Source: Sphyrna mokarran
Taxonomy: Eukaryota
NCBI GenBank assembly: GCA_024679065.1
Contig: JAGIQG010000011.1
Location: forward strand, 62,496,001-62,560,000
DNA: 64,000 nt
Direction of reading: 5' to 3'
Each line of letters opens with the position of its first letter. Positions within the stretch are counted from its first letter, which is position 1. The notes under the pieces were generated by a model, which ran no database searches, was not told the origin of the DNA, and saw nothing but the letters and a program-made list of their open reading frames with translations. The translations under genes were made by a program, and so were the position numbers. Shown here piece after piece: positions 12,511-24,259 of the stretch.

Positions 12511-13467
12511 ATATCTTGTTTATGTTCTGATTAGATCTCTGATACCCATTCAAAGGTTTGGTCTAAGCACTCAATAACACCCTCCAAAACATACTTCTAC
12601 TGTTTTATTAGATGTTGCTGTGAAGGCTGGTAAGAACTGGTTTTATTCCAACAGATCAGCAACTAATGAAAAATAAACCAATGCATCTGAGGCACGATAT
12701 TAATAAAACAGACTAGGTAGCAACTCAGATGGAGAGAGCAGAGCCTTTCATACTGGTCATGTACTGTGGTGTGGCTGGCAATGTGAAATGGTGACAGCAT
12801 TACAATCAAAAAAAGATTTTTACAAAGCCAGCTCCATGTCCTTAAAGAATATAAACAAAGAAAAATGTTTTCAGAACAACATGATCTGATATAAACAGTT
12901 ATTTTGATACCAATTTATTTGGTATCAAATTGCCATCCAGGTAACTTCCAAAAAAATGGACGTTATAATGAGCAATTTGAAGTGATATTTTGAGCCCAAA
13001 TTTTGATCCAATGTCACATACCAGTGAAATGCAGGGCTTAAATTCTAACTTTTAGCTAGTCCTCCACATTAGTTATCATAGAGATTTTTTCCTAACTCAG
13101 AAGCAAAGTCAACTGTCAAATTTTCGAAGGAGGAGACACATGCAAACCCAAATAGACCCAACTCCACGTGAATTACAATTTATTTAGCTCTGTCCCTTTA
13201 AGCCTGGCTGGACCTTGGAAATTAAAATATATCCAGAAAAATCAACACTTGTTAAATTGCTACTGATGAAATCAGGAAGTAATTTGCAAATTTTGCTTAT
13301 TGGTAGCAGTCAGCAACCACTATTTCAACAATATTATAGCACTTGTACACAGAGGTCAAGTACTGCCCAACTTCCCACATGCACACACCACACACATACA
13401 CATACGTGTAGTGGTATTTCAGTTTCCAAAATTTAAGAAAAGCTTGAGGTTTGTACATAGCAGACAC

Positions 13468-13752
13468 TGGACAGCACAGTGGTTACCATGGCTGCCTCAC
13501 AGCACCAGGTTTGATTCCTGGCTTGCGTGACTGTCTGTGTGGGGTTTGCTCATTCTTCCTGTGTCTGTGTGGATTTCCTCCGAGTACTTCAGTTTCCTTC
13601 CACAGTCCAAAGATGTGTAAGTTGGGTGCATTGCCCGTAATAAATTCTCTCAATGCACCCGCCAGAGTGTGACAACTGGGGGATTTTCACAGTAACTTCA
13701 TTGCATTGTGAATTTAAGTCTACTTGTGACTAATAAATAAACTTTACTTTAG
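13468..13752 (+). mobile_element. HE1-like V-SINE, tail type B
   Basis: Head CAGCACAGTGGTTA; tail GGGGATTTTCACAGTAACTTCATTGC...CTTGTGACTAATAAATAAACTTTACTTT. Confidence 0.88.
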
Positions 13753-14246
13753 GAATAGCGGGATGCAAATTTAATCTGTTTCCCATACTGAGGGTGGAAT
13801 TTTCCCGCAGGATGTGGGCGAAGAATTGAATCACTTTAAAAAGTGATCCTATTGCTCACAACCCAGGTTACTCAGTAGATTCTGTGACAAGTGGGGAACT
13901 CTCTTGAATTCTGCTGGGAAACTAATTAAGACAATTAGGAGCTTCTTGAATGCTGCATTCTGACTTTCCCAGTCAGTATCTGTGTTCTGTGCTGTTTCTA
14001 CACCTTGTCAGTTTGAATGAGGCAAATGCAAAGTGGGAAATCACTGCAGACTAAAGGCTGAAGGCATCACAGTGAAAGTCAAGTGCTGGCAGGAGTCATT
14101 CTTCCAGACAGAATCTTGTTTTCTTTTCTACGGATTTCAAACCCCTCTTTTTGTCTTTGAGTGCAGTGGTCCCTTCATCTCAAAATTCTTCATTGCTTTT
14201 CTAGACTTGTCAGCCTGCCCACACTTGCTGATTGGTTGTGAGATTT

Positions 14247-15255
14247 GGGGCCAGATTTTACCATTTTGATTGTAAGTGCTGAATCTGGATACAATTCAGA
14301 TCTAATTTGGAAACCTGTTCACAGGCGTTCCCGCATGCATTTAGCTTGGAAAAAACAACTTGAGTCTGAATTGCACAGTGGGCATGGCTTATCATACTTG
14401 AAATGCTACAGCTCTGATTGAAACTTTGAACTGCGCATGCACAGTGAGAAAATGAAAAAAAAATGCTGGCCATCACTCCTGGTTCACTTTATCCACTTTC
14501 TGCGGTTTGGGAGCAATAGCCCCCACAGACATCGCTCCATCCCACAACATAAATGTTCCCCTTAACCACCCACACCCCTGCCCGCTACCCAGACTGACTG
14601 CGACCTTCTGCGTCACTTCTCCCCCACCGATTGCCCGCAGAGTGGCAGCGGTCCCCCCCATCCCTCAGAGATCCATCCGGCCTCTGTCCTCCTTCTCCAC
14701 ACCCACACGAGAGCAATCAGGCCTCCCCCACCCACTCCCCTGCCAGAGAGTGATCTGGCTCTCCTCTTTCCTCCCTCCCATTACAGAATGATCGGACTTC
14801 CCCTCCCCCCCACCATCTCCCATCAGAGATGGATCAGGCCTCCCCCATTTCCCAACTAGAGAATGATTAGGGCAGGGTGGAGGCCCAATCAGAGAATGAT
14901 TGGTCCTCCCTCCCCCCTAGCCAGAGAATGATCTGACCCACCTCTCTCCTCCCCACCACCGATCTGAGTTAGAGAACTGTTTGGAAGCTCTGAACTTAGC
15001 TGTTCAAAAGCTGGATTGCCAAGCAGGTCTGTTTTGTGGCAGATCTGAATGGGCAAATGTGATGGTAAAGGGGGAAATACTGGTAAGGTTGGGCACGCAG
15101 TCCATTAATTGAATTTAAATATATGTGAATGCATTTAAATTGCCATTGCGCCCATTTCAGGCGCAGTTTGGATTGCGGCCATTTTCAGGCCTTGGTCAAG
15201 TGGGCATCTGCATAGGCGTGGATCACACTCATTGCCTCACGCCTGACTTCTAATA
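14247..15255. mobile_element. Probable non-autonomous DNA transposon with an internal C-rich tandem array
   Basis: Begins GGGGCCAGATTTTACC, similar to the GGGCRGGATTTT TIR family in this window. GC-rich relative to flanks. Right boundary uncertain. Confidence 0.4.
14662..14968 (+). repeat. Degenerate minisatellite: about 8 copies of CAGAGAATGATC(A/T)GGC separated by C-rich spacers
   Basis: Core recurs at roughly 30-40 nt intervals, e.g. CCAGAGAGTGATCTGGC, ACAGAATGATCGGAC, TCAGAGAATGATTGGTC, CCAGAGAATGATCTGAC. Confidence 0.8.
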
Positions 15256-15433
15256 ACTGTCATTAGAAATGGCATAGCAAGACAACATGGACTTGAGTGA
15301 TTCAAGGAGATTTACCACCTCCTCCTTAGGGCAACAAGGAATAAGTAATACATATTTCATACAGAGTTCTGTTTCAGAAGTCCATCTATATACCTTAGAA
15401 TTTTATAGATAGCAGTGAGCTCCACAAATTAAA

Positions 15434-16190
15434 TCATAGAACAATACAGCACAGAACAGGCCCTTCGGCCTTCGATGTTGTGCCGACCAAAATAAAAAGC
15501 AATGCCCCTCCTAACTAAACCATTCCCTTCTCATCCATATACTTATCAACTAACCTCTTAAACGCCACCAAACTTGGCGCATCTACAACAGCTGCAGGCA
15601 GGGCATTCCACTCCCTAATCACTCTTTGAGTAAAGAACCTACCTCTGATATCCGTCCTATAACTCATACCCCTTAATTTAAAGCTGTGTCCCCTCGTGCT
15701 AGCTTTCTCCATCCTAGGAAAAAGGCTATCACTGTCCACCCTATCTAAACCTCTAATCATCTTATATGCTTCAATAAGATCCCCTCTTAGCCGCCTCCTT
15801 TCTAACGAAAACAACCTCAAATCCTTCAACCTCTCTTCATAGGACCTGCCCTCCATACCAGGCAACATCCTGGTAAACCTCCTCTGTACCCTCTCCAATG
15901 CCTCCACATCTTTCTTATAATGTGGGGACCAGAACTGCACACAATACTCCAAGTGCGGCCGCACTAGAGTTTTGTACAGCTGCAACATGATGCTGCGGCT
16001 CCTAAATTCAATCCCCCTACCAATAAAAGCTAAGACTCCATAAGCCTTCTTAACAACTATATCCACTTGACTGCCTACTTTCAGGGATCTATTGACACAT
16101 ACACCAAGATCCTTCTGTTCCTCAACACTATTAAGAGCCCTACCATTAGCCCTATACTCTACACATTTATTGTTCCTGCCAAAGTGCATA
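15434..16190 (-). mobile_element. Young 5'-truncated CR1 (HER1-like) LINE with intact 224-aa ORF2 C-terminus (15515-16189)
   Basis: LYKTLVRPHLEYCVQFWSP, LERVQRRFTRM, RRLRGDLIEAYK, TRGHSFKL and FFTQRV..WNALP, with no stops. 3' tail GGCCGAAGGGCCTGTTCTGTGCTGTATTGTTCTATG. Confidence 0.95.
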
Positions 16191-16334
16191 GATCAGTTTG
16201 AACCAATTACGAAGAGAGAAGAAAATGACTTCTTTAGTTATCAGGTAAATTTGGTTTTTCCTATCCTTTGGATGAATAAGCAAGATAAGTTTAAGGATGG
16301 AAAGCAACCTGCATTATCAATGGCTTTCCTTTAA

Positions 16335-16500
16335 TTGTAAGGTCTGAAGCAGGGATGTTCACTGGTGAATGCACAATGGTAAGCAACATCTCAAATACTG
16401 AAGCCATACCCAAATACAGCAAGACTGCAATAATAGCCAGGCTTAGGCAGACAAATGACAAGTATCATTTGTGCCACCTTCCAAATTTTCAATCACTACC
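16335..16500 (+). mobile_element. Decayed CR1/L2 RT fragment (similar fragment at 17285-17530)
   Basis: Degenerate EAGMF.GECTM...QA*ADK*QVSFVP, same family as 180-1150. Confidence 0.55.
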
Positions 16501-16513
16501 AAATAGAATAACA

Positions 16514-17143
16514 AGAGCTGGTACTGGGATAACTCTCTCTTTGTGTGTGGAGAGTTATCCCAGTACCAGCCTTCCAATGATTAAATGAGATTGGAAATTC
16601 AAGAGACTTTATAATTTATATCTCTCTGCTTCATTGTGTACGAGCACAAAACCCAAGTGTACTATGTCACCCTAATGTTCCTGCCCTCGGTACAATTTCA
16701 GAACTACATTTCATTCCACAATCATATGTGTGAAAGAGACAACCATTGAGGTGATGCTGTTATGAGAAAAACTATGTGTCTGAATCAGTTGTATCAGATA
16801 CTTTACATGAACATTGTATGGAACATCTAATTAACCTCGTTGTGAACTAAATTTTCGAGGAGCACTTCAGTAATAGACTTCAATGATTTTCTCTGGATTC
16901 TTGTTGCACTAGAGACTGTCAAAGCTAAATCCACAGTTATAACTCAGAAAGATTAGTCTCATAAAAGATCCAACATGAAATGCTTCCTGCATTAATGTGA
17001 GACTGGGTTATTTGTGCTTCAGTTATTTTGAGAGAAAGAAAAGCAGGAAGTGTTCTTGAATGTCAGCTGAACAGCTAATCACTGATTCGGAATTCCCAGA
17101 CTCCTGGCATGTTTGGCTAGTTTGATTCAGTTGGGGGATTTTT
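16514..17143 (+). repeat. Copy A of a ~0.63 kb locally duplicated non-coding unit (copy B 32501-33120)
   Basis: Shared collinear blocks TTCCAATGATTA.ATGAGATTGGAAA, TACAATTTCAGAACTACA.TTCATTC, CCACAGTTATAACTCA, GATTAGTCTCATAAAAGATC, AACATGAAATGCTTCCTG and TGTTCTTGAATGTCAGCT. Confidence 0.9.
16517..16570. repeat. Perfect 21-bp inverted repeat, 12-nt loop
   Basis: GCTGGTACTGGGATAACTCTC (16517-16537) and GAGAGTTATCCCAGTACCAGC (16550-16570). Confidence 0.97.
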
Positions 17144-17640
17144 TGTGTCTTAAGGCATTTGGATCTCACCTCAGTAGTGGTACCAATGCCAATGAGAAAC
17201 GCACCAACTTTCTTGCTGATGGCAGCATTTTGATTTCATTTAGGAGCTTTACGGCCTCTGTTACTGGGGTGATTCATGCTATTCCATCACAAAGCTGGGT
17301 ATTCATCCATGGTTGGGCTGTGAAGTGGCACATAACTTCATAAATGACATAAGTGACCATCTCCAACAAATAAAAGGTCCAGCAACCTTGGCTTTCAACC
17401 ACACTATAATAACTTTATGAGTTACCATTGACCAGAATGGAACTTGATTAGTCACATCCACTCCATGGCTATTCCAGTAGGCTAGAACAATAGGCGAGGT
17501 AGTCCTTGGCAAATGGCTCAGCTCCTATGCCTCAATGTCACTACAGCCTCAAAACAACAATATGTTAACTTATAATTACATGCAAGGAGTACAACGCTAG
17601 TCCTTGTCATATTGATTACAATCCCTACCTTAAACACCAA

Positions 17641-17877
17641 TAAAGATCTAAATCAATGGATACATTTACAAACGGTAGATGACAAAATGGCAAAAGTTCA
17701 AAAACTGATAGGCTCAAATAATTTATTTAATTAATTCCAAATATCTAAGATTTTCGTTTCCATCAACCCAAAGACAAATTGATTTCTGAATTCTTAAAGT
17801 GTAAATCACAATATATAACATTCATGCTGAAAGAAAGCTATTTATAAACATGTCAGATCTTCTTGGGACAAAGATCT
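17641..17877 (+). repeat. Copy A of a second local duplication (copy B 21733-22072)
   Basis: Shared GCAAAAGTTCAAAA.TGATAG, TTTAATTAATTCCAA, TTCCATCA.CCCAAA, TTTCTGAA.TCTTAAA, ATCACAATAT and GGGACAA.GATCTT. Confidence 0.88.
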
Positions 17878-17985
17878 TTTGTTCTTTATACAAGGTCAAG
17901 GGAAGCAGATGAAATGAGTTAGAGATTGTGGTTATAATATATACTGACCACAAGTTGTATTTCAGCAACCCAACAACTTAAATAT

Positions 17986-18098
17986 GGGCAGGATTTTCTG
18001 ATCACGCTCACCCCAAAACTGGAAAATCTCGCCCGAAGTCAACAGACCTTTGCATGGTCTGTGTCCCGTCCACTATGATTCCAGTGGAGAGCAGGATC
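17986..18098 (+). mobile_element. MITE with GGGCRGGATTTTC...GAAAATCCYGCCC-type TIRs (probably Harbinger-derived)
   Basis: Related copies at 4555-4630 (-), 23059-23170 (-), 36482-36605 and 41667-41795 share the TIR and GAxGTCAAxxGACCTTTGCATGGTC. Confidence 0.7.
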
Positions 18099-18117
18099 TC
18101 CTTCCACAAGAAGGACA

Positions 18118-18857
18118 AGAACATAGAACATTACAGCGCAGAACAGGCCCTTCGGCCTTCGATGTTGCGCCGACCAATTAGGAAAAAGCAATGACCCTCT
18201 AACCTAAACCATTCCCTTTTCGTCCATAAACTTATCTACTAACCTCTTAAACGCTACCAAACTTGGCGCATCTACAACTGCAGCAGGCAGGGCATTCCAT
18301 ACCCTTACCACCCTCTGGGTAAAGAACCTACCTCTGATATCCATCCTATAACTACCACCCCTTAATTTAAAGCTATGTCCCCTCGTGCTAGCTTTCTCCA
18401 TCCTAGGAAAAAGGCCATCACTGTCCACCCTATCTAAACCTCTAATCATCTTAGATGTTTCAATAAGGTCTCCTCTTAGCCGCCTTCTTTCTAACGAAAA
18501 CAACCTCAAATCCCTCAGCCTCTCTTCATAAGATCTGCCTTCCATACCAGGCAACATCCTGGTAAACCTCCTCTGTATCCTCTCCAATGCCTCCACATCT
18601 TTCTTATAATGTGGGGACCAGAGCTGCGCACAATACTCCAACTGCGGCCGCACTAGAGTTTTGTACAGTTGCAACATGATGTTGCGGCTCCGAAATTCAA
18701 TCCCCCTACCAATAAAAGCTAAGACTCCATATGCCTTCTTAACAACCTTCTCGACTTGATTGCCAACTTTCAGGGATCTATTAACACATACACCAAGATC
18801 CCTCTGTTCATCAACACTATTAAGAGTCCTACCCATTAGCCCTATATTCTACACATT
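18118..18857 (-). mobile_element. Young 5'-truncated CR1 LINE with intact 210-aa ORF2 C-terminus (18204-18836)
   Basis: Closely similar to 15434-16190 over its whole length, no stops or frameshifts, same 3' UTR and tail. Confidence 0.95.
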
Positions 18858-18985
18858 TGTTATTTTGTTACACATTTTATGTTATACATAATCAAATGTT
18901 ATACATTTATGTTATACATTTTATGTTATATATTTGTAACAAATGTTATACATATATCAAATGTTATACATTTGTTACACATTTG
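18850..18985. repeat. Irregular (ATGTTATACATT)-like tandem patchwork at the LINE 5' junction
   Basis: About 10 variants of TGTTA(T/C)ACAT, including an inverted TGTAACAAATGT unit. Confidence 0.9.
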
Positions 18986-19649
18986 AGGAACAATTATCAT
19001 TGGAACACAATTACCCGCAAGTTCTTCTCCATACCTAATTTGCATAGCTCTCTCAACGAGCTGTTACAAATATGACAGGTCAAATGGCCACCTTCTGTAC
19101 CGAAAGATTCTATGAAAGTCAAACACCCTCCTGATTTGATCACAGTCACTCTTACCATCTCTAGATCAAAATTGCATAGTTACCACAATTGTGGATCATC
19201 ACAAGGACTGTAGCATCTAAGAAAAGATCCATCACAATTTCTGAGAGAAACTGAGGCCTTTCTAGCAGCACCCATTTCCTGAGATTAACTTTGACACAAA
19301 GTCAGCAGCATTACAGAAGAAACTGGAGGCAAATAAGGGAGAAATTGCTCCATGTGGAACTAAAGGAAGACTGAAAAAGTTTAATTTATGATAACTGTAT
19401 AAAATTTTCAGGTCTTCCCTCTGGGTTAAACAAATTCAATATTCCACAGATTCCTACTGAGAATTCTGAACACAGCTCACCCTTAATTCAAATAGGTCAC
19501 TGAATGGCAGCTTCAATTTTCCAGCAAAGATGACATATCATGACATTAAATTAACAATTAAGATTGCATAATAAATTGCTGCTTGGGCACTTGGAGTTTT
19601 GATGATTTCATAGTTTAGCCTCTGTTGCATTCTTCAATTTTTGGTCAGT

Positions 19650-19960
19650 ACAATGGCACAGTGATTAGCACTGCCACCTCAGAGCAGCAGGGGCTTGGAT
19701 TCAGTTCCAGGTTGTTGGTCACTGTCTGCATTTTCTCCTGTGGCTGCATAGGTTGAGGTTTCCTCCAGCTTCCTCCCAAAGATGATTAACCCAAAGTGGG
19801 TTAAGTTGATTGGTTATGTGAAAATGAACCTTAGTTTTTTTTTTGGGGGGGGAAGGGGGTGGGATTTGCAGGGTAAACATACTGGGATAGAGTGGGATTG
19901 TTGTTGGTGCAGGTTTCATGGGCTGAATGGCCTCCTTCTGTATTGTCGAAATTTTATAAT
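19650..19960 (+). mobile_element. HE1-like V-SINE (internally deleted)
   Basis: TGGCACAGTGATTAGCACTGC head; GGGCTGAATGGCCTCCTTCTG tail. Confidence 0.85.
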
Positions 19961-21184
19961 TCTTCAACTAATTCCAATGCCCTTTTTTATAAATATACTT
20001 TTTGACTGGGACATCTTATTGACTTTAATTTTTGTTTCATCGTGTTTCCCTTCTCTGCTTTATTTAATTCAAATCATGACCTAGATCTATTCATTGGATA
20101 ATAAAGTTTTATTGTTTGAAGGGTAACTGCAGCAGCAGACTGACCAACAGGATGCTTTGACAATGGTGCAGTCCCAGGCCAGCTGGTATTTAATGAGAAG
20201 TCTGAATCTATGTCAAAGCTGTCTATCCGAGGACTCGACTTGCCTGAATGCCATATGGTTCATTCTCATCCCATCCAGTATCACTTTCAATCTGCACTCT
20301 TAGGGCAAGCTATAATGCTGTTGGTCAGATTACACGATTACCTCCCTCTGATCGAGCTCAGCAAAAATGAGAATTGATCGTTCCCATTGAATTTAATTTT
20401 TTTTTACCCTAAAACAAATTTGATTTCTGATTCACTGTTAATGTTCTTTAAAGCAGAAGTTATCGCGCTGCAATGGCATTTTCACAACAGCATTTTTCAT
20501 TCGATTTAAATGTAGAAAACCTGTCTGCTCTCATGAATTTGCCAGAGATATTATAAAATACTGTAATGATTATGAGACTCGCAATATCTCCTGTGCTCCA
20601 ATTTAATGGCCAGACATCTGACTTGATAAATGCTGCAGTGCATTTCAAAATGCTGATGTCACTATAATTGTAGTTATACATCCATCCTAAAATTCAAGAG
20701 TGCAATTATTGCCGGACACTTTTATTACGGTCCAACAATAATGCCTGGATAGAAGTAAAGAATTCTGATATATTTCTACATCCATTGCAACAGGCTACAC
20801 GATCCCAGAGGCCTTGTGAGACTTAATTACTCCAATTCCCATTTCACTTTTCTTTTGTGCCACTATTGTTCATCAGATTAAACATACATATGTCAAACAT
20901 AGTATTAGATAACAGCCCACTAAGTTCTTATACTGACAGTATGTTTCAGTTTCTTTTGTGTGGCAAACAAAGCGAAAAAATATTCTTCACCATAATTTGT
21001 TTCATTTTTATTGTGGTTCTGTTAGGGAAGTATTAAGAATGGGTTCAAATATTTAACCACTCTTGCTGTGAAAACTGCAATTAAAATTCCTGAGTGAAAG
21101 AATGAATAAAGGTTAAGCATTGGATGCTGCTCACTTACACTGTTCAATGGAACGTGATGAGTTTCAGATCTTGAATAAGCCAAT

Positions 21185-21515
21185 AGGTGGCACGGCATTT
21201 AGCATTGCTGACTCGCAGTACTAGGGAATCTGGATTCAATTCTGGCCTCGGATAACTGTCTAGAGTTTGTACTTTTTTCCCGTCTGTGTGGGTTTCTTCC
21301 AGAAGTTCCAGTCTCCTCTCTCATTCCAATTATGTGCAGGTTAGTTGAATTGGCCATGGTAAATTGATCTTTATGGCAGGAGTGCTGAGGGGGAAGGGCT
21401 TAGCAGAATAAATATTTAGGTTTATGAGGATAGAGCCTGTGTGGGATTGTTGTCAGTGAAGGCTTGATGGGCCAAATGGCCTCCATCTGCACAATAAGGA
21501 TTCTACGATTCTACG
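21185..21515 (+). mobile_element. HE1-like V-SINE
   Basis: GGTGGCACGG head, V-domain, (GATTCTAC)2 tail. Confidence 0.88.
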
Positions 21516-21732
21516 AAGAGGAGAAGTGTCAAGCAAAGGCCAGATTTTATTCACATAAGGCTTGAAATTTCAAAAGCCAGTTCATCCAGGCGAAGTTCGT
21601 ACATCTATCTTCGCAATCAGTAAAGCGCCACGTAGCTTGGGGCTAGGTTGTTGCCTGCTTGCACTCAACTTAGAGAATGATATGGAGATCATAAACAGGG
21701 ATCAATATTTTAAATAGGAAAATGGAGATAAC

Positions 21733-22072
21733 AAAGATCCAATTCGAATGGTCATGTGTAAAATTACACAAGCGAAAGAGGATAAAATAGCAAAAGTTCA
21801 AAATTGATAGATTCAAACAATTACCCCTCTGGTTAAAGTTGGTATTCTTGAGACAAAAAAATACTTTTTTAAAAAAGGCTGCTAATGTTTACAATGCTGA
21901 GGAATTAGAAATGATCACTTTAATTAATTCCAATTATCTTAGACTTCAGCTTCCATCAGCCCAAAAAACAAATTAGTTTCTGAACTCTTAAAAATAGATC
22001 ACAATATGCAATATCCATGTCTAAAAGCTAGATATTTGGAAATACGTCAAAACTTTGTGGGACAATGATCTT
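21733..22072 (+). repeat. Copy B of the second local duplication, with ~95 extra nt
   Basis: Collinear with 17641-17877 except that 21824-21918 is absent from copy A. Confidence 0.85.
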
Positions 22073-22074
22073 GG

Positions 22075-22362
22075 CAGGTGAGTGTGGCTACTGTAGAGGT
22101 GGGCGTTTTTGGAGTTTGCAAGTTCTCTCCATGTCTGTATAGGTTTCTTCCAGTTTCCTCCCAAGGTTCAAAGATATATGGGTTAGATAGATTGAGCATG
22201 CTAAATTGACCATGCTAAAGATGTGTATGTTAGGACAATTAGCAAGGTCAATAGGTAGGGTTTTGGGAATAGGGCCTGGGTAAAAATGGCCTGTTGGAGA
22301 GTCAATGTAGGCTCGATGAACTGGGTGACCTCCTTCTGCATTGTAGAGATTCTATGAATTTA
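22075..22362 (+). mobile_element. 5'-degraded HE1-like V-SINE
   Basis: GGAGTTTGCAAGTTCTCTCCATGTCTG core; GATTCTATG tail. Confidence 0.8.
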
Positions 22363-22574
22363 TGTCATGCTTATCAAATAGATCCTTGTGAAATCATAAT
22401 TATGCTTTTAAACTAATGGCGAGTTCCACAAGTTCCTTGAAAAATAAAACATGGCTCAGAGACAATGCATGTCAATCAGACACTGACTGAGAAGCTAAAA
22501 GGATTGCTCAAAAGAGGATTAGGAGACTGAAGTTTGCTTCAGTAACATAATACAATAGATATTAAGGATATATT

Positions 22575-22955
22575 TGAGTTGGTGGTGTCACGATAGTGTC
22601 AGTGGACTAGTAATTCAGAGGCCCAGGCTTCATGATCAGGGGACATGGATTCAAATCCCACTATGACAGCAGGTGGCGTTTAAAAGCAATTAATTAATAA
22701 GCATGGATTTAAAAGCTAATGTTGGCTTCAAAACTGATTGTTGAAATTAATTGTCTTCAAGACTCATGTCATTCACTAATGTCCTTAAAGTAAATCCACC
22801 ATCTTTACCTGGTCTGATCTACATATGATTCCAGATCCACATTAATGTGCTTGACTCTAACTATCCTCTGAAACTTAGTTCAAAAGCAATTAGGGCAAGG
22901 CAACAAATGTTGGCTTTCCCAATGACATCCGCATCTCATAAAAGAATAAAAGGAA
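22575..22955 (+). mobile_element. tRNA-derived SINE sharing its 3' tail with the LINE at 180-1150
   Basis: GGACTAGTAATTCAGAGG...GGATTCAAATCCCAC B-box; tail GCAATTAGGG...AAATGTTGGC...GACATCCGCATCTCAT...GAATAAAA. Confidence 0.75.
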
Positions 22956-24259
22956 AAAATATCCAATGCAATGGAAAAGACAGAACCTGGGAAAGATAAG
23001 AACTGCTGCAATGGATAAATATAGCTTTTAGGGTACAGCACATGTAGAAGGTTAACAGTGGGTGAATTTTCCCATTCCACCCCTAGTCTGCCCTTCACCT
23101 GCTGCGATTCCCATGGGGAGCAGACAAGATTTTCTAATTTTGGGGTGAGCACAGCTGAAAAATCCTACCTAGTATGTTTACTCATACTGATGAGCATCTT
23201 CAGCATTTTATAAAGTGAGCTTCTGTGACTTTATATGCTGAGCATCGCATTGCTTTTCAGGGCTCCTCCACAATGCTCTAATTTTATTATTTAGTTACTG
23301 TGATTGAAGTGGTTTATAATACTTCTCGATGTTTGCAAAATAAATATTTGGTTTTGTTGATTCTTCCAACAGGAATAAAAAAATGAAATTTCTGCAGATA
23401 GATCTCAGTCATAGAGATGATACAGCCCCATTAAGATGCCAATATATCATTGAAACAAAAACAGGTACGGTTTTAAAAGATAGATATACCGAAGTCTAGA
23501 GGAAAACAGCACAATGCAATTCCTATTGATTTTTGTTTTAAATTCATATTTTTGGTGGATTATTTTGTGCTTGTCAAAGGTGAGGGATGTTAGTGGTAGG
23601 GATTGAATAACTTTCCCATTCTTAGCTTCCAGTGGTGGTACCAAGAACTCTCGTATGTCAACAGCCTTATGATAGATTTATTTACTGTGTCCAAACTGCT
23701 TGCTAAAAAAAAAGCTTCAAAACAGCAATCCCTACATTTCCAACATTCCATCACAGCCATCCTTGTCGTGTCTGCATACGACCGCTAATTAGTCCAAAAT
23801 TATGCCTCCTATTGTAAATGGGATTATTTGGGATTTATATCCCTAAACTCAATTTAAGTAGAAACGTTGAAGCTAATTGCAAGAGAAGGAGACTTGTATC
23901 CCATAAATCTGTGTTGGATTCAATTTTCAAATTTCAAACTCACATTGTCTCATACTCTCATTTATAACTTGGATTATTTTTAAAAATTCAAATCAGAATC
24001 ACGCGAGTGGTTTTGCCTCATTTTTCATTACTGAAAGATCTTCAGCTCCATTGTTTTCCTTTCAAATATTTATCTTATTCCCTTTTGAAAGTTGTTATTA
24101 AATCTTCTTCCACCTTTCTTTCAGGTAGTACCACATCACAACTCACTGCTATAAAAGGACTTCTGGTAGACAACTCGGCAAAAATGATACAAGCTAGGCT
24201 GAGAGCTGCAGTGAAAATGATTTTTTAAAATAGCTTTTAAAGCAGCTCTTAAATACATT

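Noticed and set aside
12903-12929. 11-bp inverted repeat TTTGATACCAA/TTGGTATCAAA
   Set aside because: Short and AT-rich with no context. Not a terminator in a eukaryotic locus.
14662-14968. CRISPR-like repeat-spacer array
   Set aside because: Repeats are short and degenerate, spacers are poly-C low-complexity, there are no cas genes, and the context is vertebrate.
15515-18836. The two longest ORFs (224 and 210 aa) as cellular genes
   Set aside because: They are 5'-truncated CR1 ORF2 C-termini with LINE tails, lacking the RT catalytic core and any promoter.
20140-20328. CTGACCAACAG / CTGTTGGTCAG inverted pair ~170 nt apart as MITE termini
   Set aside because: Single instance, no clear target duplication, no second copy in the window.
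23373-23464. Plus-strand 92-nt exon candidate (TTCTTCCAACAG| ... CAG|GTACGG; NKKMKFLQIDLSHRDDTAPLRCQYIIETKT)
   Set aside because: Splice signals are plausible, but the peptide is unrecognised and has no supporting partner exon. Such matches are expected by chance in 64 kb.
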